From an uncultured Acidobacteriota bacterium (GTDB lineage: Bacteria; Acidobacteriota; Vicinamibacteria; Vicinamibacterales; UBA8438): DNA of 64,000 nt. The position numbers were made by a program, and so were the translations under genes. Positions within the stretch are counted from its first letter, which is position 1; each line of letters starts with the position of its first letter. Under the pieces are notes generated by a model. That model was not told where the DNA came from, made no database searches, and saw only the letters and a list, made by a program, of their open reading frames with translations. Location of the stretch: positions 288,001-352,000 of the forward strand of contig CAJWLU010000001.1 of assembly GCA_913043225.1 (NCBI GenBank), read 5' to 3'. This document shows positions 1 through 10,049 of the stretch, piece after piece.

Positions 1-705
1 CTGCTCGCGCTTCTCGACACTGTAGGCCTTGATGATACGGACGCCGCCCAGTGTCTCGGCTAGCCTCCCGGTCACCTCCGCATTGATCTTCCCGCGCTCC
101 CGGAACAGCGGCCGCAGCTTCGAGAAACCCTTCGCCATGCCGACACCAAAGAAGACGAGAATCAGCAGTGTCAAGGTCGTGAGGCGCCAGTTCAAATAGA
201 ACAGGACGGCCATCCCGAGTGTCGCAGTCACGAGCCCGCCGGCGAGCTGCGCCAGCCCGGTGCCCACAAGGTTGCGAATACCCTCGGCATCGCTCATCAC
301 CCGCGATATCAGGACCCCGGTCTGGGTAGAGTCGAAGTAGCCGACCGGCAGGCGCGTGATGTGCCGCTGGACACGCTTGCGCATCTCGGTGATGGCGCGC
401 TGCGCAGCAACCCCGAGCACCTGTGACAGGGCGAAGCCGGTGCTGGCCTGCACCAGGGTCGCGCCCGCCGCCACCAGCGCCAGCGGCACCAACATCTCGG
501 AACGGCCCTCGGCGATGACATCGTCGACGACGTAGCCGGACAGGCCGGGGAGCACCAGTCCGGCGAACCGGCTGACCAGCATCAAAACCATCCCCAGCAG
601 GAGCCGGTGTCGATGCTGCTGCACTAGCGCCCGGGCCTCGGCCCAGGCGACCGGCGTCACCAGAGGCTTCTTCGCCGTCGCCTTCTGAGGGGTATCGTCT
701 GCCAT
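1..705 (-). CDS. ABC transporter permease/ATP-binding protein (exporter type), N-terminal transmembrane part; runs off the window edge
   Basis: Not in the ORF track. Manual translation from ATG 705 gives MADDTPQK...LLLGMVLMLVSRFAGLVLP...RLPVGYFDSTQTGVLISRVMSDAEGIRNLVG...ETLGGVRIIKAY, typical of an ABC_membrane domain; open to position 1. Confidence 0.9.
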   Translation of the reverse strand, partial: MADDTPQKATAKKPLVTPVAWAEARALVQQHRHRLLLGMVLMLVSRFAGLVLPGLSGYVVDDVIAEGRSEMLVPLALVAAGATLVQASTGFALSQVLGVAAQRAITEMRKRVQRHITRLPVGYFDSTQTGVLISRVMSDAEGIRNLVGTGLAQLAGGLVTATLGMAVLFYLNWRLTTLTLLILVFFGVGMAKGFSKLRPLFRERGKINAEVTGRLAETLGGVRIIKAYSVEKREQ

Positions 706-729
706 CGGCCGCCTTTGAGTACAGTATAG

Positions 730-1851
730 GTGTTCACCGTGGCCTCTCACGACAAGCCTTCCACTCGGCGTATCCTGCACGTCGATATGGACGCCTTCTA
801 CGCGTCGGTCGAACAGCGAGACGATCCCTCGTTACGGGGAATGCCGGTCGCGGTCGGCGGCCGACCCGATGGGCGCGGGGTGGTCGCGGCGGCCAGCTAT
901 GAAGCACGCAGGTTCGGGGTCCGCTCGGCGATGTCCATGGCGCGGGCCGTCCGGCTATGCCCAGAGTTACGCATCGTGCGCCCTGATTTCGCCCGCTATC
1001 GGTCCATCTCGCAACAAATTTTTGGGATGTACCGGTCGGTGACCCCGCTCGTCGAACCGCTCTCGCTGGATGAGGCTTACCTAGACGTCACCGAGAACAA
1101 CTGGGGCGAACCGCTCGCAACCACGGTCGCCAAACGGCTTAAGCGCTGGATCAAGGAGGACACCGGGCTAACGGCCTCGGCCGGGGCAGCGCCGAACAAG
1201 TTCCTGGCAAAGATCGCGTCTGACTGGAACAAACCGGACGGGCTAACCGTCATCCCAACCGAACGGGTGGAAGGGTTCCTTCAGCAGCTCCCAGTGGAGG
1301 CACTCTGGGGTGTAGGACCGGTGACCGCGAAACGGCTGCGGGTGGCCGGCATCACCAGGCTGGTCGACGTGCGGGAGGTCGCCGACGACACGCTGTACGG
1401 CGCCGTTGGTAACCAAGCCGAGTGGCTGAGGCGGCTGGCCGCCGGCATCGACGACCGTCCGGTGACCCCGCACCGGGTCGTAAAATCATCGGGGTCCGAA
1501 CGCACGTTTCCCGCCGATCTGACCGACCTCGCGGTCATTCGCCACGAGGTAGATCAAATGGCTCGGCCGCTCGCCCGGTGGCTCGCTGAGCGAAAGTTCG
1601 GAGCCCGGACGGTGATCATCAAGGTACGCTACGACGACTTCACGACGGTGACTCGCAGCCACAGCGAACGGCCCGCGATTCGCGAGGAAGCGGCCCTTGC
1701 GGCGCGAGCCGTGGCTCTGCTCAGCCGCACCGAGGCCGGGGTCCGCCCTGTACGGCTCCTTGGGGTTAGCGTCCACAACCTCGAAACCGACGTCCCCGGC
1801 GACGACCCGCTGGGCCACCCGACGCTACCGCTGACGACCGACCGCGACTAG
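730..1851 (+). CDS. dinB: DNA polymerase IV (Y family)
   Basis: Motifs HVDMDAFYASVE, AASYEAR, SLDEAYLD, NKFLAKIASD and C-terminal VRLLGV. The start could be GTG 748. Confidence 0.96.
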   Translation: MFTVASHDKPSTRRILHVDMDAFYASVEQRDDPSLRGMPVAVGGRPDGRGVVAAASYEARRFGVRSAMSMARAVRLCPELRIVRPDFARYRSISQQIFGMYRSVTPLVEPLSLDEAYLDVTENNWGEPLATTVAKRLKRWIKEDTGLTASAGAAPNKFLAKIASDWNKPDGLTVIPTERVEGFLQQLPVEALWGVGPVTAKRLRVAGITRLVDVREVADDTLYGAVGNQAEWLRRLAAGIDDRPVTPHRVVKSSGSERTFPADLTDLAVIRHEVDQMARPLARWLAERKFGARTVIIKVRYDDFTTVTRSHSERPAIREEAALAARAVALLSRTEAGVRPVRLLGVSVHNLETDVPGDDPLGHPTLPLTTDRD

Positions 1852-1886
1852 GAATGTTCAGCACCAGCACATAGGATAATTCAGCC

Positions 1887-2120
1887 ATGCTCAAAGGCAC
1901 CCGCTCGGCAATCCTGCGGAAGGTCCAGCCGGTCAGTATTCACGGGCAAATCTCGTGGGACGTCTACTTTAACGATCCCGAGCAGCCGGAGGGTGCAATC
2001 GAGATGGCGCGGGTGGGCCCGGAAGCGGTCGAGGGCCAGCTCGAGCCGGGACATCGGATCACGCTGACCTACCTCCTCGGCAGCGTCACTGCAGTCCGTC
2101 GAGACACACCGAACGGGTGA
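1887..2120 (+). CDS. small hypothetical protein (77 aa), beta-rich
   Basis: Clean ORF with genome-like codon use; GATAAT -10 element 6 nt before the ATG. Confidence 0.7.
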   Translation: MLKGTRSAILRKVQPVSIHGQISWDVYFNDPEQPEGAIEMARVGPEAVEGQLEPGHRITLTYLLGSVTAVRRDTPNG

Positions 2121-2128
2121 GAACATAT

Positions 2129-2419
2129 CCCCCCGGAATCAAGCGTTAGGATTTCGGCGAGGTCGAGAAGATACAGGGTCGTGCCCACCAGCGTCGGCAC
2201 GGTCTAGGCGGTAGCCCAGACTACATCTGCATGTCCTCGACCCATGAACCTGTCTGGCGATAACCGACCGAGGACCAGCTCACTATCCTCAGCTAGCATA
2301 ACGGTCGACTCGCCCGCCTGCGGAAAGCTCGCATGACTTGTAGCCCTGATCCTGCCAGACCACCTCGCCCATGTGGACATCCATTGCGGTCAAGAAGGCG
2401 GACCGTTTCCATATATCGT
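2129..2419 (-). pseudogene. degenerate C-terminal fragment of a PQQ-binding-like beta-propeller repeat protein
   Basis: Minus-strand translation across frameshifts gives AFLTAMDVHMGEVVWQDQG / SHASF...VMLAEDSELVLGRLSP...ATA*TVPTLVGTTLYLLDLAEILTLD. TAG at 2204-2206 falls where W is expected in a WTVPTL..LY motif. Confidence 0.65.
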
Positions 2420-2502
2420 GTGCGCTTCCATCGCCGTGACTCTACCGGACCCAACGCGTTGTCGAGCCTCGGGCCGTGTGGTAGAAGGACATCAACACCT
2501 TT

Positions 2503-3612
2503 ATGACTGCGCCCGTGGACCGCGTTTCACCTTCGTCTAGCCTGGAAGCCCTTGGCTGGAACGAGGATCTCGCGCGACACTTCGCGGCCGAGACCACCGA
2601 GTGCCGGCCGGCGCGGGTTGCAGTGGCCCACAATTACCTGTTCCAGCTACTCGGCGCATCCGGCGCCCTGATGGCCGAGGTCTCGGGCCGACTCCGCCAT
2701 CAGACCGCGACGCAGGACGCGATGCCGGTCGTGGGTGACTGGGTCTCGGCCCGGATCCATTCCGACGAGGAGAAGGCCACGATCGAAACGGTGCTGCCAC
2801 GCCGTACCAGCTTCTCGAGGAAAGCGGCTGGCGAAGCCACGCGACGGCAGCTCGTCGCCGCGAACATCGACGTTATCTTTTTGGTCTGCGGGCTCGATGG
2901 CGACTTCAACCTGCGGCGGATCGAGCGCTACCTGGTGGCTATCGCTGACAGTGGAGCGCGTGCGGTCATCGTCCTCAATAAGGCCGACATGTCATCCGAG
3001 CCCGACCGGGCCAGAGCTGAGGTCGCGGCGATGACGCCGGCCTCGCCGATTCACGTGATTAGCTGCCTCGAAGAGGGGGGCGTGGAACCACTCACAGAAC
3101 ATCTTGCCCTGGGCCGTACCATCGCGCTCCTGGGCTCGTCCGGCGTCGGGAAATCCACGATCATCAACCGGATGCTCGGGACGGAGCGTCAACGGACCGG
3201 GGGCGTACGGCGGCGTGACCGCCGCGGACGCCACACCACGACCCAGCGCGAGTTGATCGTGTTACCGACTGGCGGCCTCCTCATCGACACACCGGGCATG
3301 CGGGAGCTGCAGCTCTGGGATGCCGACGTGGCCACCGATGACGCCTTCGACGATATCGAGGCACTCGCCGCCGGGTGCCGCTTCCGCGACTGCCGCCACG
3401 ACCAAGAACCACACTGCGCTGTCCGCGGAGCCGTCAAGGCGGGCACGCTGCCGGCCGCCCGACTGGCCAACTACCGAACCCTGACCCGTGAGGCCAACGA
3501 GCTACGGCGCCGACGCGAGGAACTGGCCCGGCAGGACGAGCAGCGTCGGACCAGATCGGCCTATCGCTCCATGCGCACCATGCGGCACAAACGACTCGGA
3601 TCGGAGCCATGA
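2503..3612 (+). CDS. rsgA: ribosome small subunit-dependent GTPase A
   Basis: Circularly permuted GTPase motifs NKAD, GSSGVGKS, GRHTT, DTPG, plus the zinc finger CRFRDCRHDQEPHC. Confidence 0.96.
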   Translation: MTAPVDRVSPSSSLEALGWNEDLARHFAAETTECRPARVAVAHNYLFQLLGASGALMAEVSGRLRHQTATQDAMPVVGDWVSARIHSDEEKATIETVLPRRTSFSRKAAGEATRRQLVAANIDVIFLVCGLDGDFNLRRIERYLVAIADSGARAVIVLNKADMSSEPDRARAEVAAMTPASPIHVISCLEEGGVEPLTEHLALGRTIALLGSSGVGKSTIINRMLGTERQRTGGVRRRDRRGRHTTTQRELIVLPTGGLLIDTPGMRELQLWDADVATDDAFDDIEALAAGCRFRDCRHDQEPHCAVRGAVKAGTLPAARLANYRTLTREANELRRRREELARQDEQRRTRSAYRSMRTMRHKRLGSEP

Positions 3613-4829
3613 CCTCAACGAGAACGCTGCTTGTCGCACTGGTCGGGACCGTCGTTGCCCTCACCGGGCTGACCGCCCAAGATGACCGGATCACAGTCCG
3701 GGCCGGCCGCCTCCTCGACGGCACCGGCCGGATCGTCGAGAACGCGCGGATCACCATCGACGGGTCCGAGATCGCCGGGGTCGACCGGCTCCGGGGCGCG
3801 GTCACCTATGACCTGTCCGGAATGACGGTCATGCCGGGTCTGATCGATACCCACGTCCACCTTACCTCCCATTTCGACGCTGATGGGGAGACACATGACG
3901 ACCTCGACGAGTCACCCGCCCGGACGATTCTCTATGCGGCGGAGAACGCGTACAAGACACTGCAGGGTGGGGTCACGACGATCCAGAGCCTCGGCAGCCC
4001 GCTCGACGCCGAGCTGCGGGACGCCATCGCGAGAGGCTCTCTGCCCGGTCCTAGGATCCTGAGCTCGCTCGGCGCCATCCGCGAGAGTACCGGCACGCCG
4101 GACGAGATCCGCACGGCCGTGCGACAACTGGCCAACAACGGCGCCGACGTGATCAAGATCTTCGCCTCGGCCAGCATCCGCGACGGCGGCGAACTGGTGA
4201 TGAGCCCTGAACAGCTTGAGGCCGCCTGCGGCGAAGCGACCGCCGTCGGGCTCAGGTCAGTCGTCCACGCGTACGGCACGGAAGGGGTGACGGCGGTGGT
4301 CGAGGCCGGATGTGGGGGTATCGAACACGGCACCAGATTCGACGACGAGACGATCGCGCTAATGGCCGAACGGGAAACGTATCTCGACCTGCACCTGGAG
4401 TTGCTCTGGAGCAACTACGACGAATATCGAAGCGCCTTTATCGGACGGGGCAACTACACCGAAATGGGCTACGCGCGGATGGCGGAGGCCAGGCGCGCCG
4501 GCCTCGACACCTTCCAGCGGACCGTCAGTCACGGGGACGTCAAGATGGTCTTTGGCACCGACGCGCTGGCCGGTGCCCATGGACGGAACACGGACGAGCT
4601 CGTAGCGCGGGTTCGGATCGGACGGCAACGCCCGATGGACGCCATCGTGTCGGCCACCTCACTGGCGGCCGAATCGCTCGGGCTCGGTGACCGGATCGGC
4701 ACTCTCGCACGCGGCTACGAGGCAGACCTGATCGCGGTGCCCGGGGACGCGCTCGCCGACATCGTCGCATTGCGTAACGTCAGATTCGTAATGAAGGGCG
4801 GGGTGGTATTCAAGTACGAAGCACAGTAA
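3609..4829 (+). CDS. secreted amidohydrolase family protein (Xaa-Pro dipeptidase-like)
   Basis: Signal peptide; metal-site motifs PGLIDTHVH, IKIFAS, VHAY, EHG, FGTDA; ATGA overlap with rsgA. Confidence 0.88.
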   Translation: MTSTRTLLVALVGTVVALTGLTAQDDRITVRAGRLLDGTGRIVENARITIDGSEIAGVDRLRGAVTYDLSGMTVMPGLIDTHVHLTSHFDADGETHDDLDESPARTILYAAENAYKTLQGGVTTIQSLGSPLDAELRDAIARGSLPGPRILSSLGAIRESTGTPDEIRTAVRQLANNGADVIKIFASASIRDGGELVMSPEQLEAACGEATAVGLRSVVHAYGTEGVTAVVEAGCGGIEHGTRFDDETIALMAERETYLDLHLELLWSNYDEYRSAFIGRGNYTEMGYARMAEARRAGLDTFQRTVSHGDVKMVFGTDALAGAHGRNTDELVARVRIGRQRPMDAIVSATSLAAESLGLGDRIGTLARGYEADLIAVPGDALADIVALRNVRFVMKGGVVFKYEAQ

Positions 4830-4899
4830 CGCCCTGCAGGTGGGGAGCAGTCCCGAGGGAAGAGCTTGGGCTGCCACATGGAGCAAAGCCCCATGGAGA

Positions 4900-5463
4900 C
4901 TAGTGGACGCCCCGCCCCATCTGTAACGTCGATGGGTCGGCACCGAGCCGGCGAATCGCCGTCTCCCACATGTCGGCCGGGGCGGTATCGAAAATCAGAT
5001 CGAGTTGGACGTCCGCGACGAGCCAGGCCGACGCCGCTAGCTCCTCGTCGAGCTGACCGGCGCCCCACCCGGCGTAGCCCGTCAGCAGACGTGCCCGATC
5101 GGGCGGCCGATCAACGAGCAGACAACGGAGCAGGTCAGGCGACGTCGACAGATACAGCCCGTCGCACACCTCGACCGACTCGGCATCCAGCGGCTCGTCT
5201 CCCATCAGTATCCAACCGCGCTCTGGTTCGACCGGACCGCCGATCCAGAGCTGCAATCCATTGTCGCCGTCGACCGGTGGGGTTAAACGTACCACCGACG
5301 ACGCCGGCGTCTCCGTCTGGCGATTCAGCACTAGTCCAAACGCACCCTCTTCGCCGTGTTCGCACAACAGGACCACCGTCTGCTTGAAGTTAGGATCGAC
5401 GAGCTGCGGCATCGACAGCAACAAGGTGGGAACGAGCGAACCGGGCTGCAGAGACTTGGTCAT
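4900..5463 (-). CDS. YqgE/AlgH family protein (DUF179)
   Basis: Motifs MPQLVDPNF, GAFGLVLNR, GGPV, GYAGWGAGQLDEE. ATG 5463 preferred over 5490. Confidence 0.92.
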   Translation of the reverse strand: MTKSLQPGSLVPTLLLSMPQLVDPNFKQTVVLLCEHGEEGAFGLVLNRQTETPASSVVRLTPPVDGDNGLQLWIGGPVEPERGWILMGDEPLDAESVEVCDGLYLSTSPDLLRCLLVDRPPDRARLLTGYAGWGAGQLDEELAASAWLVADVQLDLIFDTAPADMWETAIRRLGADPSTLQMGRGVH

Positions 5464-5523
5464 ACCGACGTCAACGTCTTCCCCAATCATAGTTCAGCGT
5501 CCGATATCGGGGTTCGGACGACG

Positions 5524-6606
5524 TCAGCGCGATCCACTGTCGAGCCGGTCACGCGCCCAGGCAAGGTGCTCCGCCACCAGGGGGTCACGCACGCAGTCGT
5601 CTGAAACGGCCACCTCGTCCGACTCCTCGAGCGTTCGCGCGAGCCCGGCGTCGTCGGTATTGCCAAGCGCGACCGCAACATTCCGCCGTAACCGTCGAAC
5701 CCGAGCGCGCATCATCGCGCCGCCGCGGATGGCATCCCGCAGCTCGGCGTCTGAGCGACGCCACAGCTCACCCAGATCGGGCCGGTCCAGAGCCTGTCGC
5801 GGCTGCCATGCTGGATCGTCGCTCACTGGTGGTTGCTGATTGAAGGGACAGACCTCCTGGCAGATATCGCACCCGTAGACGTGATTGCTTAGCGACGGCC
5901 GCAGCGCCTCTGGCAGGGCGCCCTTGGTCTCGATCGTGAGATAGGACAGACACCGCGTCGAGTCGAGCACCCCGGGAGTTGGGAACGCCTTGGTCGGACA
6001 GGCATCCAGACAGAGCGTGCAAGAGCCACACTGGTCGAAGCCGGGGGGATCAGCCGCGAGGTCGAGCGTGGTAACCACCACCGAGAGAAACAGCCAAGAG
6101 CCGAGCTCGGGATGGATGAGGCAAGTATTCTTCCCGACCCAGCCCAGCCCGGCGCGCTCAGCGAACGCCTTCTCCTGGATCGGACCGGTGTCAACATAGA
6201 TCCGGCACCGGGACGGCTCGTCGTGTTCGGCCGTCATCCATTCCCCCAGCGCCCGGGTACGGTCGCCGAGCACGTCGTGATAGTCGTCACCCCACGCATA
6301 GCGCGAGATCAGGGCGACCTGCGGATCGTCTACCTCCGTCGAATAGGGGCGGTCGACGTTGTAGACGGTCCCAAGCATCACCACGGCCCTCGCGCCGGGG
6401 AGAACCAGGCGGGGATCGGCTCGCCGCTCGGCGTTTCTCGCGAGATAGTGCATCTCGCCCGCATAGCCACGATCCAGCCACTCGCGCAGCACCCCGAGCC
6501 GCTCGAACGGCACAGCCGGCGCAATTCCGCACAGGTCGAAGCCGAGCTCGGCAGCACGTGCCTTAACCGCCTCGGCCGTCGCCGGTCTGGGCTGTGGTTT
6601 ACCCAT
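5524..6606 (-). CDS. queG: tRNA epoxyqueuosine(34) reductase
   Basis: Motifs ISRYAWGDDYH, VDTGP, GLGWVGKN, CGSCTLCLDACPT, YGCDICQEVCP (two 4Fe-4S clusters). Confidence 0.96.
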   Translation of the reverse strand: MGKPQPRPATAEAVKARAAELGFDLCGIAPAVPFERLGVLREWLDRGYAGEMHYLARNAERRADPRLVLPGARAVVMLGTVYNVDRPYSTEVDDPQVALISRYAWGDDYHDVLGDRTRALGEWMTAEHDEPSRCRIYVDTGPIQEKAFAERAGLGWVGKNTCLIHPELGSWLFLSVVVTTLDLAADPPGFDQCGSCTLCLDACPTKAFPTPGVLDSTRCLSYLTIETKGALPEALRPSLSNHVYGCDICQEVCPFNQQPPVSDDPAWQPRQALDRPDLGELWRRSDAELRDAIRGGAMMRARVRRLRRNVAVALGNTDDAGLARTLEESDEVAVSDDCVRDPLVAEHLAWARDRLDSGSR

Positions 6607-6659
6607 CGTGAAAACGATCCGCGCGAACAGGCCCTCCAGGCACGAGCGTCGTTTTCAAG

Positions 6660-9600
6660 CTAAAACGAATACCTCAGCCCAAACTGCATCTCGCGCGCGT
6701 TCTGCGCGCTAAAGATGCGTCCGAAGTTTGGGGTGCCGAAGATCCGGTTCGGCACGTCGAAGTTAGCCCGGTTCAAGAGGTTGAAAATCTCCCACCGGAA
6801 CTGGAGCCGTCCCTCATTCACCTGCCAGTCCTTCTGCACCGACAGGTCGACCACGGCAAACCCTGGGGCGAAGACGCTGTTTCGTGGGGCGCTCCCGAAG
6901 GTGAACGGGGCCTGGAGCGCGAACGCCGCGGTGTTAAACCACTCGGTGGCGCTACGCTGGCCCGCAGACAGGTTCGGATCGCCAATCCGGTCCGGCCGCT
7001 GGAACGGACCCGACCCGATGTTGGCGATATCCTGGGCAAGATTGACGGTGAACGGGGCACCTGACTGCACCGTCAGGATGGCGTTAAGCCGCCACCCGGC
7101 GGCAAGCAGCTCAGCCGTCCCGCCGGCACGCTCGAAGAACGGCAGCTGATAGCTGCCGCTGGCGACGAGCTGATGACGGCGGTCAAAGCTCGAAAGCGCC
7201 TCCTCTCCGGGGAAGATATTGCGCACATCCTGCGGCACATTCGACTCGAACGCAGTAGCTCCTGGGCTGGACGCATCGTCCAGCGACCGGGACAGCGTGT
7301 AGGCGGCATTGAAAGAGAATCGGCCGTCAAAGCGCCGCTCCGCCTTGAATGTCAAGGCGTGGTAGATGGACTTGCCGTCGAATCGGATCGCCCGAATGGC
7401 ACTCAGCTGCGGAATCGGCCTCCGGGCATCAATCGGCCCCGGACCAGGCTCTGGCACATTCCGGATGGTCGAGTTGTCGGCCCCGAGCGTGTACGAGCCC
7501 ATGTACAGGACCTCCAACATGGTTCGCGGAAACGCTTCTATCTGCACGCCTCCGCTCCAGGTCTGTGTGTATTCGACCTGGTAGTCGTTGTCCATAATCG
7601 TGCCGCCGATGCTACCGGTCGAGTCTGAGGAAAGGATGTTCCTCGTCTGGAGGCTCGGCACCAGCTGATCCGAGGGCGCATCAACCTGCTTCAGGAAGAA
7701 AAATGGCAGGTTGCGCGAAAATGCGGTCTGCACACTGTAGGCCCACTGGTTCAGGAAGATGCCGTAGCCCCCGCGGATCACGGCCGGTCGCTCCTCGCCC
7801 AGGGACAAGGCGAACCCCGTCCGCGGCGCCAGCCGCACCTTACTTGGGCGCAAAAGGCTCCGCTCCCAGCCGATCTCGGATGAGGTGACCCAGGGGATCG
7901 GGATGAGCGGCAGCAACGCCTGCGCGTCGGACGAAATGTTGCCCTGGTCATCGCTGGCGATGACAAACCGCCCGCCCGGCACCGAGAGGTCGATTGAGGA
8001 CAGCTCGTTATCCACGTCCTTCATATGGGCGTTGTACTCGTAGCGCAAGCCGTAGTTGATCGTCAGGTTATCTCTGACCCGCCAGTCGTCCTGGGCATAG
8101 AGATGAAGCCAGGTGGTCCGGGCATCCTCATCGCCGCCGCCCACGCCTGAGCGGGCGGAGGTGGGAAACCCGAGAAGAAGATCGGCCAACGCGTTCCCCG
8201 TCCACTGCCCCGTATAGCTGAAGGCGCCCCGCGCCGTGTCGGCATTGAGCGGCCTGAACTTCAAATGAAAAAGGTAGCCGCCGAACTTAAACCGATGGGC
8301 GCCGCGATCAATCAGGAAGTTGTTGTAGAGCTCGAGGTGTTCGTTGTCACGGGAGACGAACGTCGTTGGATCTCCCATCGTGCTGAACAATCCACCGGTC
8401 GAGATCTGAGGAAACCCGACATCCCGCGGGTTCCGGCTGACCCCTAGCAGACCGACATTGCCGGCGAAGTCGAATCCGGCGTTGGCGCTCCGCTGCCCGC
8501 CATCCACCGACATATAGCCGAACCGAAACTCGTTCAGCATGCTGACACCGAAGGTCTTGGTGTGGCTGACGCCCAGGTTCCTGGTAGTGGTGTCCAGCGA
8601 GCGTCCGAACCCTGGCACCAGGGACTCCTGCTGCACGCTTGTCCCGAAGGGCTGAATCTCGTCGGCGTCGAAGGTGCTGAACCGGACGAACATTTGCTGG
8701 GTGTCAGTCAACCGATGGTCGACGCGAACACTGAACTGATGGACGTCTTTGTCTTGTTGCTCGACGGACGTGAGATTCTGGAACTCCCCGGTGCCATTGG
8801 GCAGCGGCACGTTGGCGAGAAACGCCTGCGCGATCGGGTCTAGGCGGTCGGCGGGAATGCGGTTTCCTGGGAACGGCGCGCACGCGCCGGTGCCGGCATC
8901 GATGGTGCTCGGATCGCAGATCGAATCCCAACCAGTGAAGTCCCCTGACCGCAACGTCGACGTCGGCACCGAGAAGGTCTTGGTCAGCGAACGCTTGGTG
9001 TCCTGACGTTCGTAGCTCACGAAGAAGAAGGTTCGATCAGGCACAATCGGCCCGCCGAACGAGCCTCCGTATTGGTGCTGATCGAGCGGCGGCACCGGCA
9101 GGCTGCGATCATCGAAGAAGTTGTGCGCATCGAAACGCTCGTCACGCACGAACTCGAAGAGGCTCCCGCTGAAACGGTTAGCCCCAGACTTGGTCGCGAC
9201 ATTGATAAGCGCCGATGCCTTCCCCCCGAACTCGGGCGGATACATCGACTTCTGGATCTTGAACTCCTGGATCGAATCGACGGAGGGATTGATAACCAGG
9301 TTGTTGAACAACTCGTCAGTGACCTTGAAGCCATCAAGCAGGTAGATGTTGTGACCCGCCCGCTGCCCACCGACGTTGGGTAACGGCCCGGCCTGCTGCA
9401 GGGCAGCGCCGCGGGTGCCACCGGGCGGGATGACCACGGCGTCGCTAAGTTGGGCCAACTGGAGGAACTGCCGCCCGTTGAGCGGAATCTGCTCGACCTC
9501 GCGAGTCTCGATCACGTCACTGATTTCGGCCGTGGTGACCTGAAGCAGGGGCGCGGTCACCTCGACCACGACCTCCTCGCTCACCGCACCAAGCGTCAGG

Positions 9601-9914
9601 GCGAACTCGAGCTCCAGGGTGCGACCGATCTCAAGCGTGATACCGCGCTGCACCGCGCGCTGAAAACCGGGAAGCTCTGCCACCACTTCCCATCGACCAG
9701 TGGGCAGGGCGGGAAGAAAAAATCGGCCCTGGCTATCAGTTACGCGTTCGACCCGTAGGCCGCTGTCGGGATGACTCGCGACGATCGTCGCGCCGGGAAG
9801 CACGCCACCGCTGCCGTCGACAACCAGGCCGCCTATTTCGCCGGTGTTGGCTTGAGCGCCCAGCCCGACCGTAGCCACGCCCAGCAACCAGATCACGAAA
9901 CCCCAAATCCTCAT
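6660..9914 (-). CDS. TonB-dependent receptor with N-terminal carboxypeptidase-regulatory-like domain (Oar-like)
   Basis: Signal peptide MRIWGFVIW...; DGSGGVLPGAT; IPLNGRQFLQLA; SVDSIQEFKI; C-terminal REMQFGLRYSF. ATG 9914 preferred over 10001. Confidence 0.93.
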   Translation of the reverse strand: MRIWGFVIWLLGVATVGLGAQANTGEIGGLVVDGSGGVLPGATIVASHPDSGLRVERVTDSQGRFFLPALPTGRWEVVAELPGFQRAVQRGITLEIGRTLELEFALTLGAVSEEVVVEVTAPLLQVTTAEISDVIETREVEQIPLNGRQFLQLAQLSDAVVIPPGGTRGAALQQAGPLPNVGGQRAGHNIYLLDGFKVTDELFNNLVINPSVDSIQEFKIQKSMYPPEFGGKASALINVATKSGANRFSGSLFEFVRDERFDAHNFFDDRSLPVPPLDQHQYGGSFGGPIVPDRTFFFVSYERQDTKRSLTKTFSVPTSTLRSGDFTGWDSICDPSTIDAGTGACAPFPGNRIPADRLDPIAQAFLANVPLPNGTGEFQNLTSVEQQDKDVHQFSVRVDHRLTDTQQMFVRFSTFDADEIQPFGTSVQQESLVPGFGRSLDTTTRNLGVSHTKTFGVSMLNEFRFGYMSVDGGQRSANAGFDFAGNVGLLGVSRNPRDVGFPQISTGGLFSTMGDPTTFVSRDNEHLELYNNFLIDRGAHRFKFGGYLFHLKFRPLNADTARGAFSYTGQWTGNALADLLLGFPTSARSGVGGGDEDARTTWLHLYAQDDWRVRDNLTINYGLRYEYNAHMKDVDNELSSIDLSVPGGRFVIASDDQGNISSDAQALLPLIPIPWVTSSEIGWERSLLRPSKVRLAPRTGFALSLGEERPAVIRGGYGIFLNQWAYSVQTAFSRNLPFFFLKQVDAPSDQLVPSLQTRNILSSDSTGSIGGTIMDNDYQVEYTQTWSGGVQIEAFPRTMLEVLYMGSYTLGADNSTIRNVPEPGPGPIDARRPIPQLSAIRAIRFDGKSIYHALTFKAERRFDGRFSFNAAYTLSRSLDDASSPGATAFESNVPQDVRNIFPGEEALSSFDRRHQLVASGSYQLPFFERAGGTAELLAAGWRLNAILTVQSGAPFTVNLAQDIANIGSGPFQRPDRIGDPNLSAGQRSATEWFNTAAFALQAPFTFGSAPRNSVFAPGFAVVDLSVQKDWQVNEGRLQFRWEIFNLLNRANFDVPNRIFGTPNFGRIFSAQNAREMQFGLRYSF

Positions 9915-10049
9915 CTTCCTACAGTCCTCTTCTGACAATGCCCACAATCCAGTCCACGGCCGCTGACTGTAGTTTGAACCCAAGACGAACACAACAGACA
10001 CGGAAAATACAGTTACCGCCGGCCAAGCATAAATCCCATGGAGATAGAT

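Noticed and set aside
9915..10049. Cobalamin riboswitch upstream of the TonB receptor next to B12-dependent queG
   Set aside because: No B12-box or other conserved riboswitch elements were seen, and the space is short.
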